Shown here one piece after another: positions 56,594-64,000 of a stretch of 64,000 bases of DNA. Within the stretch, counting starts at the first letter, position 1, and every line of letters starts with the position of its first letter. This DNA is from Bacteroidia bacterium Ga0077558 (GTDB taxonomy: Bacteria > Bacteroidota > Bacteroidia > Chitinophagales > Chitinophagaceae): the NCBI GenBank assembly GCA_001464625.1, contig LNFJ01000094.1, forward strand, positions 22,215-86,214. The letters are read 5' to 3'. Below the pieces are notes generated by a model. The model made no database searches, was not told the origin of the DNA, and was given only the letters and a program-made list of their open reading frames with translations. The translations under genes were made by a program, and so were the position numbers.

Positions 56594-58828
56594 TTATTTT
56601 TCTTTTGTAGGGATGAAAATAAATTCACTAAAGGCGTCTGTATTTCCAAAATCGGCCATATGAGGCGATATTTTTAGGGTAGCGGTTTCATTGAGGCTGG
56701 CGGTCTGCAATACAGCATTAATATCGCCCAATGTAACAATACCGTTGGAACCTTCACCTTTTGCCCGTAGCACCTGTAACAGAAGGTTGGCAAACGGCGA
56801 ATGGCGGCCAGCTTTACCATCAAATGCAGGTTCGCTGCCGACAGAGGATAAAAATTTTCGGGTACGGAGCGGTAATTTATCTTTTAAAAACTGCAGCACA
56901 TTTTTATTATTTATATTGGTAGTGGTTGTTTCCCTTTTTGCATTGTCAAAAGCTTTGGCATCAAAAGTGCCGCCGTGGCAAACATCCAGCAACACCAGTA
57001 CCTGCCTGGCTGGAATATTATTCAGCATTTTTTGCAGCTTGGCATAGGGGATATAGGTGTTACGAACCGGGTCGTCATCAATTGACCGGGAGTCTGTACA
57101 AACTATAAAACCATCATCCAGCAATTCATTATCCACATCACCGTGGCCAGCAAAATAAACCACCAGTTGATCATTAGGTTGTGCAATACGATAGTATTCC
57201 CTGATGGCCTTATAAATACTGTCCATGGGTTTGTCTTCTAATAATTGTACATCAAAGCCGTAGGAGTTGGATAATTCATCAGCTACTGCACGGGCATCTT
57301 TTATAGGGTTGCTGAGTTTATTCCATCCTTTGCCTTTATAATTATCGGTACCTACAACAAGGGCATATTTTTTGGCGGTCAGATTAGTTAATGTTTGCTG
57401 AAGTTCCTTTGGTTTTACCTTCATTCCTCTAGTGTCACTCTCTCCATCACCAAATATTTCTTTGTAATCCTGCAAAAATTTTTTCTCAAAGAAAATATCA
57501 AAATAGTCGTAGGGGAACGACTTGCAGGTATATTCTTTATCTTTTATAGAGAAAGCTATTTTTGCTGCCTTGCTATCATCTCGGAATATATCATAAATGT
57601 TGTACGTGGTATCCAATGAAGTTATATAATAATTAATAGGACCTTTCCTGATGGTTTCTCCATTACACCCTACAGCATCCATCCCAATACGATTGGGGAA
57701 AATGATAATACGGTTTTTGTTGAGAAGACTTGCAACAGTAGGAGAGTTTCTCATTAATGTTTTTACAAACTCAGTTTTAAACTTTTCTTCAGTACCAGTT
57801 TCGGAAATAAAGAGTTGATTATTAGCAGGTATAATCTGGATGTACTCTTGGAGGACGTTTATTGAAATAAGATCATGGTTAATTTCCTCAATAAGATCTT
57901 TATGCTTACTGCTATTTCCAAAGAGTTCTCTTTTGTAGCCTTTTTTTTGGTAGGGGAAAAAATAGGTAACCTTGTTACTGCTTGAGTCGAGCACAAGAGG
58001 AAAACTATGGCCGTTATAATTCAGAATAAAATAATCATTTGCCGAAGATTTAGCGGCGATCTCCTTTAACGCATTAATAATTTTTTCTTTTGTGGCACCA
58101 CTATCAAGCAATGTATATTCATTATATAAAGTTTCGGAAATCTCATTACCAACCACTTTATCTAGCTGCTCTTTAAAAAAAGTTGAATAGGACTGGGCAT
58201 CGGACTTGCAGTTTGTCAAATACATAAGGGCGCCTGAATATTTATCAATACCAATTGATAATACCCAAACTGAACCGATGGAGTATTTATTTCTGTCTGA
58301 GGCATTGTATACTTGGTTAAGTCTTAGCAATGATGATAGTGATCTATTGGGAACATTCGATTCTTTAATTTTTTGCCCATAATTAAGGATAAATTTATCG
58401 ATTACCTTCTTAGAATCATAAGTGACAATTTTCATCAGGGTGTTGTTAAGAACATAAGCCTGATCGGTAAGTTGAAATTCATTATCAAACTGCCATACGC
58501 TATCAATTGAAATAGTGTTTTTGAAAATCAACCTGTATGCTTTTACTCCACCCCTTGTAGAGTCTATAAAGCCTTTCAAGTTGATTATAGTATCATTTTT
58601 TATAAATTTTTCCATCCATTTAGCGGACGAATAATACATGCCAGTACCAACAATATAAATTTGGGAAGGGTTGTGTTTTTTTAATGTTTCCGGATATTGA
58701 TGTGCTGCCAACACATAAGTTGTAGGTCTTAGAACACCAGGATTTCCTAAAGAATAATTACTGAAAAACAACCCGTTAACCAGTAATATGGCAACCACAA
58801 GGTTCGCTTTACAAATATGTAAATTCAT
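56594..58828 (-). CDS. secreted protein with degenerate caspase-like module followed by an intact caspase-like (C14) peptidase domain
   Basis: 744 aa with a hydrophobic leader. The C-terminal C14 blocks are YALVVGTDNYKG, LVVYFAGHG and VLVLLDVCHGG. The upstream module has WVLSIGIDKYSG and FILNYNGHS, but reads LFISETGTEE where the Cys block is expected. Confidence 0.8.
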   Translation of the reverse strand: MNLHICKANLVVAILLVNGLFFSNYSLGNPGVLRPTTYVLAAHQYPETLKKHNPSQIYIVGTGMYYSSAKWMEKFIKNDTIINLKGFIDSTRGGVKAYRLIFKNTISIDSVWQFDNEFQLTDQAYVLNNTLMKIVTYDSKKVIDKFILNYGQKIKESNVPNRSLSSLLRLNQVYNASDRNKYSIGSVWVLSIGIDKYSGALMYLTNCKSDAQSYSTFFKEQLDKVVGNEISETLYNEYTLLDSGATKEKIINALKEIAAKSSANDYFILNYNGHSFPLVLDSSSNKVTYFFPYQKKGYKRELFGNSSKHKDLIEEINHDLISINVLQEYIQIIPANNQLFISETGTEEKFKTEFVKTLMRNSPTVASLLNKNRIIIFPNRIGMDAVGCNGETIRKGPINYYITSLDTTYNIYDIFRDDSKAAKIAFSIKDKEYTCKSFPYDYFDIFFEKKFLQDYKEIFGDGESDTRGMKVKPKELQQTLTNLTAKKYALVVGTDNYKGKGWNKLSNPIKDARAVADELSNSYGFDVQLLEDKPMDSIYKAIREYYRIAQPNDQLVVYFAGHGDVDNELLDDGFIVCTDSRSIDDDPVRNTYIPYAKLQKMLNNIPARQVLVLLDVCHGGTFDAKAFDNAKRETTTTNINNKNVLQFLKDKLPLRTRKFLSSVGSEPAFDGKAGRHSPFANLLLQVLRAKGEGSNGIVTLGDINAVLQTASLNETATLKISPHMADFGNTDAFSEFIFIPTKEK
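56597..57373 (-). other. intact caspase-like (C14) domain of the 744-aa protein
   Basis: The His codon is at 57143-57145 and the Cys codon at 56978-56980, both checked on the DNA. Confidence 0.8.
57629..58273 (-). other. degenerate caspase-like module (catalytic Cys apparently lost)
   Basis: Residues ~186-400 show the same block order as a C14 domain (IGIDKYSG ... NYNGHS ... hydrophobic strand). There is no Cys at the position aligned by eye. Confidence 0.45.
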
Positions 58829-58844
58829 AGTTGCTAATTTCCTG

Positions 58845-58891
58845 AAAAGATATAACTATAAAGACATTCTTTCAATACCCAGCAGAGGGTA
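58845..58891 (-). promoter_or_regulatory. promoter-like unit A (TACC-N8-GGTATTGA-N19-TATCTTTT)
   Basis: The minus strand reads TACCCTCTGCTGGGTATTGA aagaatgtctttatagtta TATCTTTT, ending 17 nt before the ATG of the 744-aa gene. Confidence 0.55.
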
Positions 58892-58921
58892 CATTATCTT
58901 CTGCAAACTATATTATCTTTA
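58888..58921 (+). promoter_or_regulatory. possible divergent promoter sharing the palindrome of unit A (GGTACATT-N18-TATCTTTA)
   Basis: On the plus strand the right arm of the TACC-N8-GGTA palindrome is followed, after 18 nt, by TATCTTTA (58914-58921). This lies upstream of the caspase-TPR gene. Confidence 0.35.
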
Positions 58922-58986
58922 GCTATAATAAAAAGGTTCAGGCAACTTCTTTTGGCCGTATAATGTCTGAGAAAGGTATTTTAATA

Positions 58987-61449
58987 ATGAAACGGAATAG
59001 CATTTTCATATTATTGTTTTTATTGGGCTGTTTTTTGCAGGCCATGGCACAGCCTGATGAACGGGGTTTTAAAAAAGCAGGCGATACCGCAACAGCAAAG
59101 GGTAATGTATATGCTATTATCGTAGGCATCAGCGATTATAAATTGGTACCCGATCTACAGTATGCAGATAAAGATGCACAATCATTTGAAAGTTTTCTAC
59201 TGAGTGATGGCGGCGGCAAAGTGCCGGCCACCAATATTGAAACGTTTTTGAATGAAAATGCAACCCGTACCAATGTGGGAGATGCCATTTCGGTATTGGC
59301 CCGTAGGGCCAAACCTGGCGACAGGGTGTATTTCTTTTTTGCCGGGCATGGTGATATGGAAGATCTGACTCAAATTGAAAATGGATTGTTACTATTACAC
59401 AATAGTCCCAATGGAAATTATTTTGGTATGAATGATGATGTGCTGGAAATTTTAGATCTAAAAAGATATTTATCTCCATTAGCACAGCGGGGAGTTGAAA
59501 TGATATTTATTGTGGATGCCTGCCACTCCGGGAATTTAAAAGGTGGGGTAGAAGGAGTGTCACAAACAGCATCTGCCCTTACCGCTGCTTGGGGCAAAGA
59601 GTATAAAATTCTTTCTTGCCAACCCAATCAGCTTTCCCTGGAGAGCTCCGAGTGGGGTGGAGGCAGAGGCCTTTTTTCGTTGCAACTGGAAGAAGGATTG
59701 AAAGGCCTAGCAGATATGGATAATAATGGAACGGTTAGCATGTTTGAATTACAGAGCTATATTCAATCCAATGTGGCAAAATATAGCGAGGGAAAACAAA
59801 TTCCCTTAGTTACCGGCGATTTAAGTAAACCAATTTGTAAAGTTAACCCTACCATACTTGCAGCACTAAAATTAGAAAAGGCTAAGAATTATCCCATACT
59901 TGCATCTGCTAATACAAAGGGTAATGATGATAAATATGTTGATTCGCTGGACCCTGCCGGGAAGAAATTATATGCGTCTTTTAAAAATAATATTGCCGAA
60001 AAAAGGTTGGTCGCACCAACAGATACCAATGCATTCAGGGATTATCGTTTGTTTGAAAAAAGCTATCCGGCCAGTCCGCTTGTAGTACAGATGCGGCGCA
60101 ACCTCGCTGCCGTATTAAATGAGAAGTTTAATGGCATTGTATCTCCTTTATTAAAAGGACAAAGAAGCTATTCTTCAAGGGAAGAATGCGGATTGGTGGC
60201 AGTCGAACTGGATAGTTCGATGCAATTACTCGGTAGCCAGCATTATATGTACACCAACATTAAAGCCCGCAAATTATTCATGGATGCGATGGCTCTTACC
60301 TGGGCCTTATCGGAGAATGAATATAATATCTATATGAAGCCTGCGGTAGAAACATCAATCAAGTTGTTGGAACAATCGGAACTATTGGAGCCGAATGCAG
60401 CTTATACTTTGGATGCATTAGGCATTCGTTATATATTCTTGTATGAGAATGATAAAGCAACAAAAGCTTTTCAAAAATACCTTGATCTGCGGCCCAATGA
60501 TTTAATGGCTCGTTATACCTTGGGTATTACTTATACAAACTTAAAAATGTATGATAATGCAGAAAAAATATTTGAAGAGCTTTTGAAAGAAAATCCGGGA
60601 TGGCTGGAGCTAGGAGTAAAATTGTCAGATGTTTATCTTAACAACAAAAAGTCTAAAAACGCATTAGCTATTATCAATACAATTATCGATACCTCTACTT
60701 TATATAAGGGGAATGGATATTTTTTTAAAGGAGTGTACTATTCCAGGAATAGTATGACGGACAGTGCCATCTACTATTACAATCTTGCTAAAAAGGAAAT
60801 GGGGGCTTGTGATATTTGCGATAATAACATCGGGCATAATTATTTTGTGAATAACCAGTTGGACTCTGCCAGGAAATATTTCAAAAAACTTTTGGAGATT
60901 GATAGCCTGAATGTGTTTGCCAATTTTAATATGGGTACCATTGAAGTATTGGAAGGTGATATAACTAAAGCTTTTCAGTCATTCGTTAAATCGGCCGTAT
61001 ATGCACCTGCATTTCTGGAAGGTTATGTAAATAATCTTCAACTATATTTTGGTAAAACATATACAGCAACAGACGAAAAGGAGTTTAAACAATTTAAAGA
61101 AATACAGTATATTTTTAATATGCAGTACTTGTCCTACTTATCTATCTTGTATGGATATATTCGGGATTCTGCATTGTTGTATAAAGGAACCGGGGTGCAG
61201 TATTTTTTTGATCAGGCCTTTGTTTATAAACAACATGATTTGTACACATGGTATCATCATGCCTGTTACAAATCGCTAATAAAAGAAAAGCAGGCTGCAT
61301 TGGCAAGTTTGGAAAATGCGTTACGTCTTGGCTATGGAAATTATTTTACACTTCTATATGATGCGGATCTTTCATTTATTCGCAATACTCCGGAGTTTAA
61401 AAAACTCATCCAGAAATATTTCCCCAAAGAATCTGCTGCTGCTAATTAA
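58987..61449 (+). CDS. secreted caspase-like (C14) peptidase fused to C-terminal TPR repeats
   Basis: The start is placed at MKRNSIFILLFLLGCFLQAMAQ; an upstream ATG at 58963 is also possible. C14 blocks are VYAIIVGISDYK, VYFFFAGHG and IFIVDACHSG. TPR-like 34-mers run from about residue 430 to 720, e.g. AFQKYLDLRPNDLMARYTLGITYTNLKMYDNAEKIFEELLKENP. Confidence 0.85.
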   Translation: MKRNSIFILLFLLGCFLQAMAQPDERGFKKAGDTATAKGNVYAIIVGISDYKLVPDLQYADKDAQSFESFLLSDGGGKVPATNIETFLNENATRTNVGDAISVLARRAKPGDRVYFFFAGHGDMEDLTQIENGLLLLHNSPNGNYFGMNDDVLEILDLKRYLSPLAQRGVEMIFIVDACHSGNLKGGVEGVSQTASALTAAWGKEYKILSCQPNQLSLESSEWGGGRGLFSLQLEEGLKGLADMDNNGTVSMFELQSYIQSNVAKYSEGKQIPLVTGDLSKPICKVNPTILAALKLEKAKNYPILASANTKGNDDKYVDSLDPAGKKLYASFKNNIAEKRLVAPTDTNAFRDYRLFEKSYPASPLVVQMRRNLAAVLNEKFNGIVSPLLKGQRSYSSREECGLVAVELDSSMQLLGSQHYMYTNIKARKLFMDAMALTWALSENEYNIYMKPAVETSIKLLEQSELLEPNAAYTLDALGIRYIFLYENDKATKAFQKYLDLRPNDLMARYTLGITYTNLKMYDNAEKIFEELLKENPGWLELGVKLSDVYLNNKKSKNALAIINTIIDTSTLYKGNGYFFKGVYYSRNSMTDSAIYYYNLAKKEMGACDICDNNIGHNYFVNNQLDSARKYFKKLLEIDSLNVFANFNMGTIEVLEGDITKAFQSFVKSAVYAPAFLEGYVNNLQLYFGKTYTATDEKEFKQFKEIQYIFNMQYLSYLSILYGYIRDSALLYKGTGVQYFFDQAFVYKQHDLYTWYHHACYKSLIKEKQAALASLENALRLGYGNYFTLLYDADLSFIRNTPEFKKLIQKYFPKESAAAN
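59104..59832 (+). other. caspase-like (C14) catalytic domain of the caspase-TPR protein
   Basis: The His codon is at 59347-59349 and the Cys codon at 59521-59523, both checked on the DNA. Confidence 0.8.
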
Positions 61450-61562
61450 AAGTAGCTTAGCACCTTGCTAATAATTTCATTAAGGTTTATTTAACTGCGT
61501 CACAAGTGTAATTTCGGTTACAACAGTATCTTCTTGTGTATAAACACACCAAAAGCACTGTT

Positions 61563-62096
61563 ATGAAACGTTATACTTCTCTTCTTATAGTATTTTTACT
61601 TTCTTATTCAATAAGCTTCGCAGATGAAATTGCCTTTGAAAAAAATGCCAGCTGGGCAGATGTAAAAGCCAAGGCTAAACGGGAGAACAAAATGATATTT
61701 TTTGATGCCTATACTGCCTGGTGTGGCCCTTGTAAATACCTGGAAAAAAATGTGTATACAGATGCAGGCGTAGCTGCTTATTACAACCAATACTATATAA
61801 GCGTAAAGTTTGATATGGAAAGGGGAGAAGGTATAGAGTTGGCTAAAGAATTTTCTATTGACTCATACCCTACATTATTATTTTTTACTGCAGATGGCAA
61901 ACTGGTTCATAAATATATAGGAGCAACTGATGTGGCAGGGTTTAAAAGCCTTGGTGAAAATGCGGCAGATCCTTCTAAACAATATATAGTAATGAAGGAG
62001 CAGGCTGCCAGTTTAGCATTAGCTGATGCTGCATTTACCAAATGGGCATTCCAGGCAGAAAGGTTACAAGATGGGAGATATAGGGAAAATCATTAG
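61563..62096 (+). CDS. thioredoxin-fold protein (secreted), possibly the N-terminal part of a frameshifted longer gene
   Basis: The start is placed at MKRYTSLLIVFLLSYSISFA. The motif is FFDAYTAWCGPCKYLE (CGPC). The ORF ends in a helical segment that continues in the +1 frame (see findings). Confidence 0.75.
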   Translation: MKRYTSLLIVFLLSYSISFADEIAFEKNASWADVKAKAKRENKMIFFDAYTAWCGPCKYLEKNVYTDAGVAAYYNQYYISVKFDMERGEGIELAKEFSIDSYPTLLFFTADGKLVHKYIGATDVAGFKSLGENAADPSKQYIVMKEQAASLALADAAFTKWAFQAERLQDGRYRENH

Positions 62097-62757
62097 GACA
62101 TACTTAGCAGGAAAGGATGATCTTCTTGCCAATAGAGATGTAGCTATTACCGCATTGTTGCAGGCGCCAGAACTTACCGACACTCAGTTGAATTATTTAA
62201 TAAATAATCCTGCCCGAATCGGCGAATTGTTGAAGCTTGATGCCCCGCAAACCGCTTCTTTGTTATACAAAAGAATTTTTAACCAGGCAATGACTGTTTA
62301 CCAAAGAAGCGGCCAGCAAGTAGATTCTTTTGCCATAGTTATACAAAAATATGCTCCTGCAAATTGTGAGTATGCAATGAAAGATATGTTGTTTAAAGAA
62401 GCTTTGCGGGCCGATAAAGATATAAATAAGGCAACTGCTTTATTAATAGAATATATTGATGATAAGAAAGCTCCCGTAGACATTGCAGCAATAGCTGGTT
62501 GGTTTGAGGAATTATCGGCAGTGATTGATAAAGAAAATTCACAACGGTTAATTAATAAGCTTACCAGTTTTGTATTACAGGAAAGTGATAAAGGAAAAGA
62601 ATGCTATCTGTTCCTTATTCAAATGAGTTGCTATAATACTATTGGCGACAAGGCTCAGGCAAAAACGTATGCTTTGAAAGCTTATCATGCTAAAGAATTG
62701 CCAGAAGAATATAAGGAAATGCTTAAAGCAACATGGGGCTTTACTGATTCTCAATAA
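62071..62757 (+). CDS. helical (TPR-like?) protein, or the C-terminal part of the upstream thioredoxin-fold gene
   Basis: The ORF is open from 62026 and the first plausible ATG is at 62071 (MGDIGKIIRTYLAGKDD). It overlaps the upstream ORF by 26 nt in a different frame. Composition is all-helical. Confidence 0.5.
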   Translation: MGDIGKIIRTYLAGKDDLLANRDVAITALLQAPELTDTQLNYLINNPARIGELLKLDAPQTASLLYKRIFNQAMTVYQRSGQQVDSFAIVIQKYAPANCEYAMKDMLFKEALRADKDINKATALLIEYIDDKKAPVDIAAIAGWFEELSAVIDKENSQRLINKLTSFVLQESDKGKECYLFLIQMSCYNTIGDKAQAKTYALKAYHAKELPEEYKEMLKATWGFTDSQ

Positions 62758-63086
62758 TCCAGGTCATAATGAATTGCTCATTAGCTACACTATTATAAAT
62801 ACCCATAAATGGGTATAGTTTTCCGCTTATTTAGCAGCTAAATTGTGTAAATAATGAAATCTTCAAAAACAGCTGGCTTATTTAATACAAAAAGGAAAGT
62901 AACTTTTTTTTCGGGGTATACAACTTTTCAGACTCTGATCCAATCAATACTAGCGGTTCGCAGGATTATGTTGGTTGTTGTCCCCAAAACACTTTATATT
63001 AGTACTTAACCAGTCTCTCAGATGGTTTTTACAAATAAAGGCATTAAAATCGTAAAAAGTAACCACCAATCTCTAAAATAAAGGCA

Positions 63087-64000
63087 ATGTCAAAACATTT
63101 TATTATCACTGCATTGGCTCTCGTTATTACCAGCCTTGCCATGGCGCAAGAAAAAAGAGCACTTATTATTGCTATCGATCAGTATGAGCCACCAACAAAT
63201 TATAAACCCGCCAGTACTGCAAGGTCAAATTTCAGAAATTTAGATGGTTGTGTAAATGACGGCCGTTCTATGCAATCTGTTATAGTTTCCAAATTTCAAT
63301 TTGATGCAGGCAATGTGGATACCTTGTATAACGATGCTGCAAACAGAGCTGCCATTCTTAAATCAATGAATGATTTATTAGCTGAAAGTAAAGCCAATGA
63401 TATTGCGTTTATCTATTATGCCGGACACGGAAGCCAGGTGCCTAACAGCCTTGCAAAGGAAGCAGATAAAAAAGATGAATCAATGGTGCCTAGTGATACC
63501 TATAAAGAAGGAGTGGAGGACATCCGGGATAAAGAACTGGCTAAAATCTTTAATGCTTTTATAGATAAAGGAGTAAAGCTAACGGTGATAATGGACTGCT
63601 GTCATAGTGGATCACTTTCCCGTGGTCCAAATGCTCCCGGTAAATCAAGGTTTATTGCTGATGCAAACTATGATGCTAAAGATGCTTCACAACCAGTGCC
63701 GCCAGAAACAAGATCAGAAGGAAATTTTCTTATAATCTCTGCAGCACAGGATAATGAATTTGCACAAGAGCAGCGGGATGAAAATAATATTCCCCGTGGC
63801 GCCTTCACTATTGCTTTAACCCAGGCTTTGGAACAACAATCTGTAAATGCATCGGTAATAAATTTATTTACCAGTTTGCGGGCCATTTTAAAAAGTAATG
63901 GAAAGAAACAAGAACCTGTATTGGCCGGTAAGCCAGAAAGACAACAACAAACATTGTTTGGTATTGAAAAAGGAACTCTTCCGGATAAATCATTAGTTGC
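63087..64000 (+). CDS. secreted metacaspase-type (C14) peptidase, 3' end cut by window edge
   Basis: This gene is not in the ORF track because no stop codon falls inside the window. My translation is MSKHFIITALALVITSLAMAQEKRALIIAIDQYE...IAFIYYAGHGSQ...LTVIMDCCHSGS... The His codon is at 63426-63428 and the Cys codon at 63600-63602. Confidence 0.8.
   Translation, partial: MSKHFIITALALVITSLAMAQEKRALIIAIDQYEPPTNYKPASTARSNFRNLDGCVNDGRSMQSVIVSKFQFDAGNVDTLYNDAANRAAILKSMNDLLAESKANDIAFIYYAGHGSQVPNSLAKEADKKDESMVPSDTYKEGVEDIRDKELAKIFNAFIDKGVKLTVIMDCCHSGSLSRGPNAPGKSRFIADANYDAKDASQPVPPETRSEGNFLIISAAQDNEFAQEQRDENNIPRGAFTIALTQALEQQSVNASVINLFTSLRAILKSNGKKQEPVLAGKPERQQQTLFGIEKGTLPDKSLV

Noticed and set aside
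58963-61449. Caspase + TPR protein as a type III-E CRISPR-associated TPR-CHAT (Craspase-like) protease
   Set aside because: No cas genes, CRISPR repeats or CHAT-specific context occur anywhere in the window, and the protein carries a Sec signal peptide.
1-64000. Search for tRNA, rRNA, CRISPR arrays, transposases, integrases and phage genes
   Set aside because: I recognised none by eye in the ORFs or the intergenic regions. A tRNA or ncRNA scan with covariance models would be needed for certainty.

Overview
This 64-kb window looks like chromosomal DNA from a Bacteroidota genome. That call is an inference from three things: the gene content, TAnnTTTG-type -7 boxes in front of several genes, and Bacteroidetes-style domains of unknown function. 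A Chitinophagales- or Sphingobacteriia-like organism is plausible but unproven.

Bases 1-41,300 are mostly housekeeping. They hold rplY/ctc, pth, a fused 2-oxoacid dehydrogenase E1, aspS, a 2028-aa alpha-2-macroglobulin, sucD, mlaFE-like ABC genes, maeB, two aldehyde dehydrogenase paralogs next to deoC, two secreted amidohydrolases, secA, atpG, scpB and lysA. Short GC-rich palindromic or repeat elements sit between some of these genes.

Bases 42,400-64,000 look accessory and are the interesting part. A membrane-anchored papain-like (C1) peptidase with a DUF4384-like tail comes first. It is followed by a thioredoxin-fold/hotdog/beta-CASP operon and then an island of five signal-peptide-bearing caspase-like (C14) proteases. 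All five keep an intact His/Cys dyad. Their architectures are:
- TPR + WD40 + caspase
- WD40 + caspase + a C-terminal extension
- a degenerate caspase-like module followed by an active caspase
- caspase + TPR
- a metacaspase-type gene cut by the window edge

Inside the island lies a 127-aa secreted protein whose last 23 residues are almost entirely Tyr, Trp and Cys. Two thioredoxin-fold genes also lie in or beside the region. Three copies of a 47-bp promoter-like unit (TACC-N8-GGTATTGR-N19-TAnnTTTW) are placed in front of island genes.

I saw no rRNA, tRNA, CRISPR array, transposase or integrase. All protein-family calls come from reading the translations, not from database searches.
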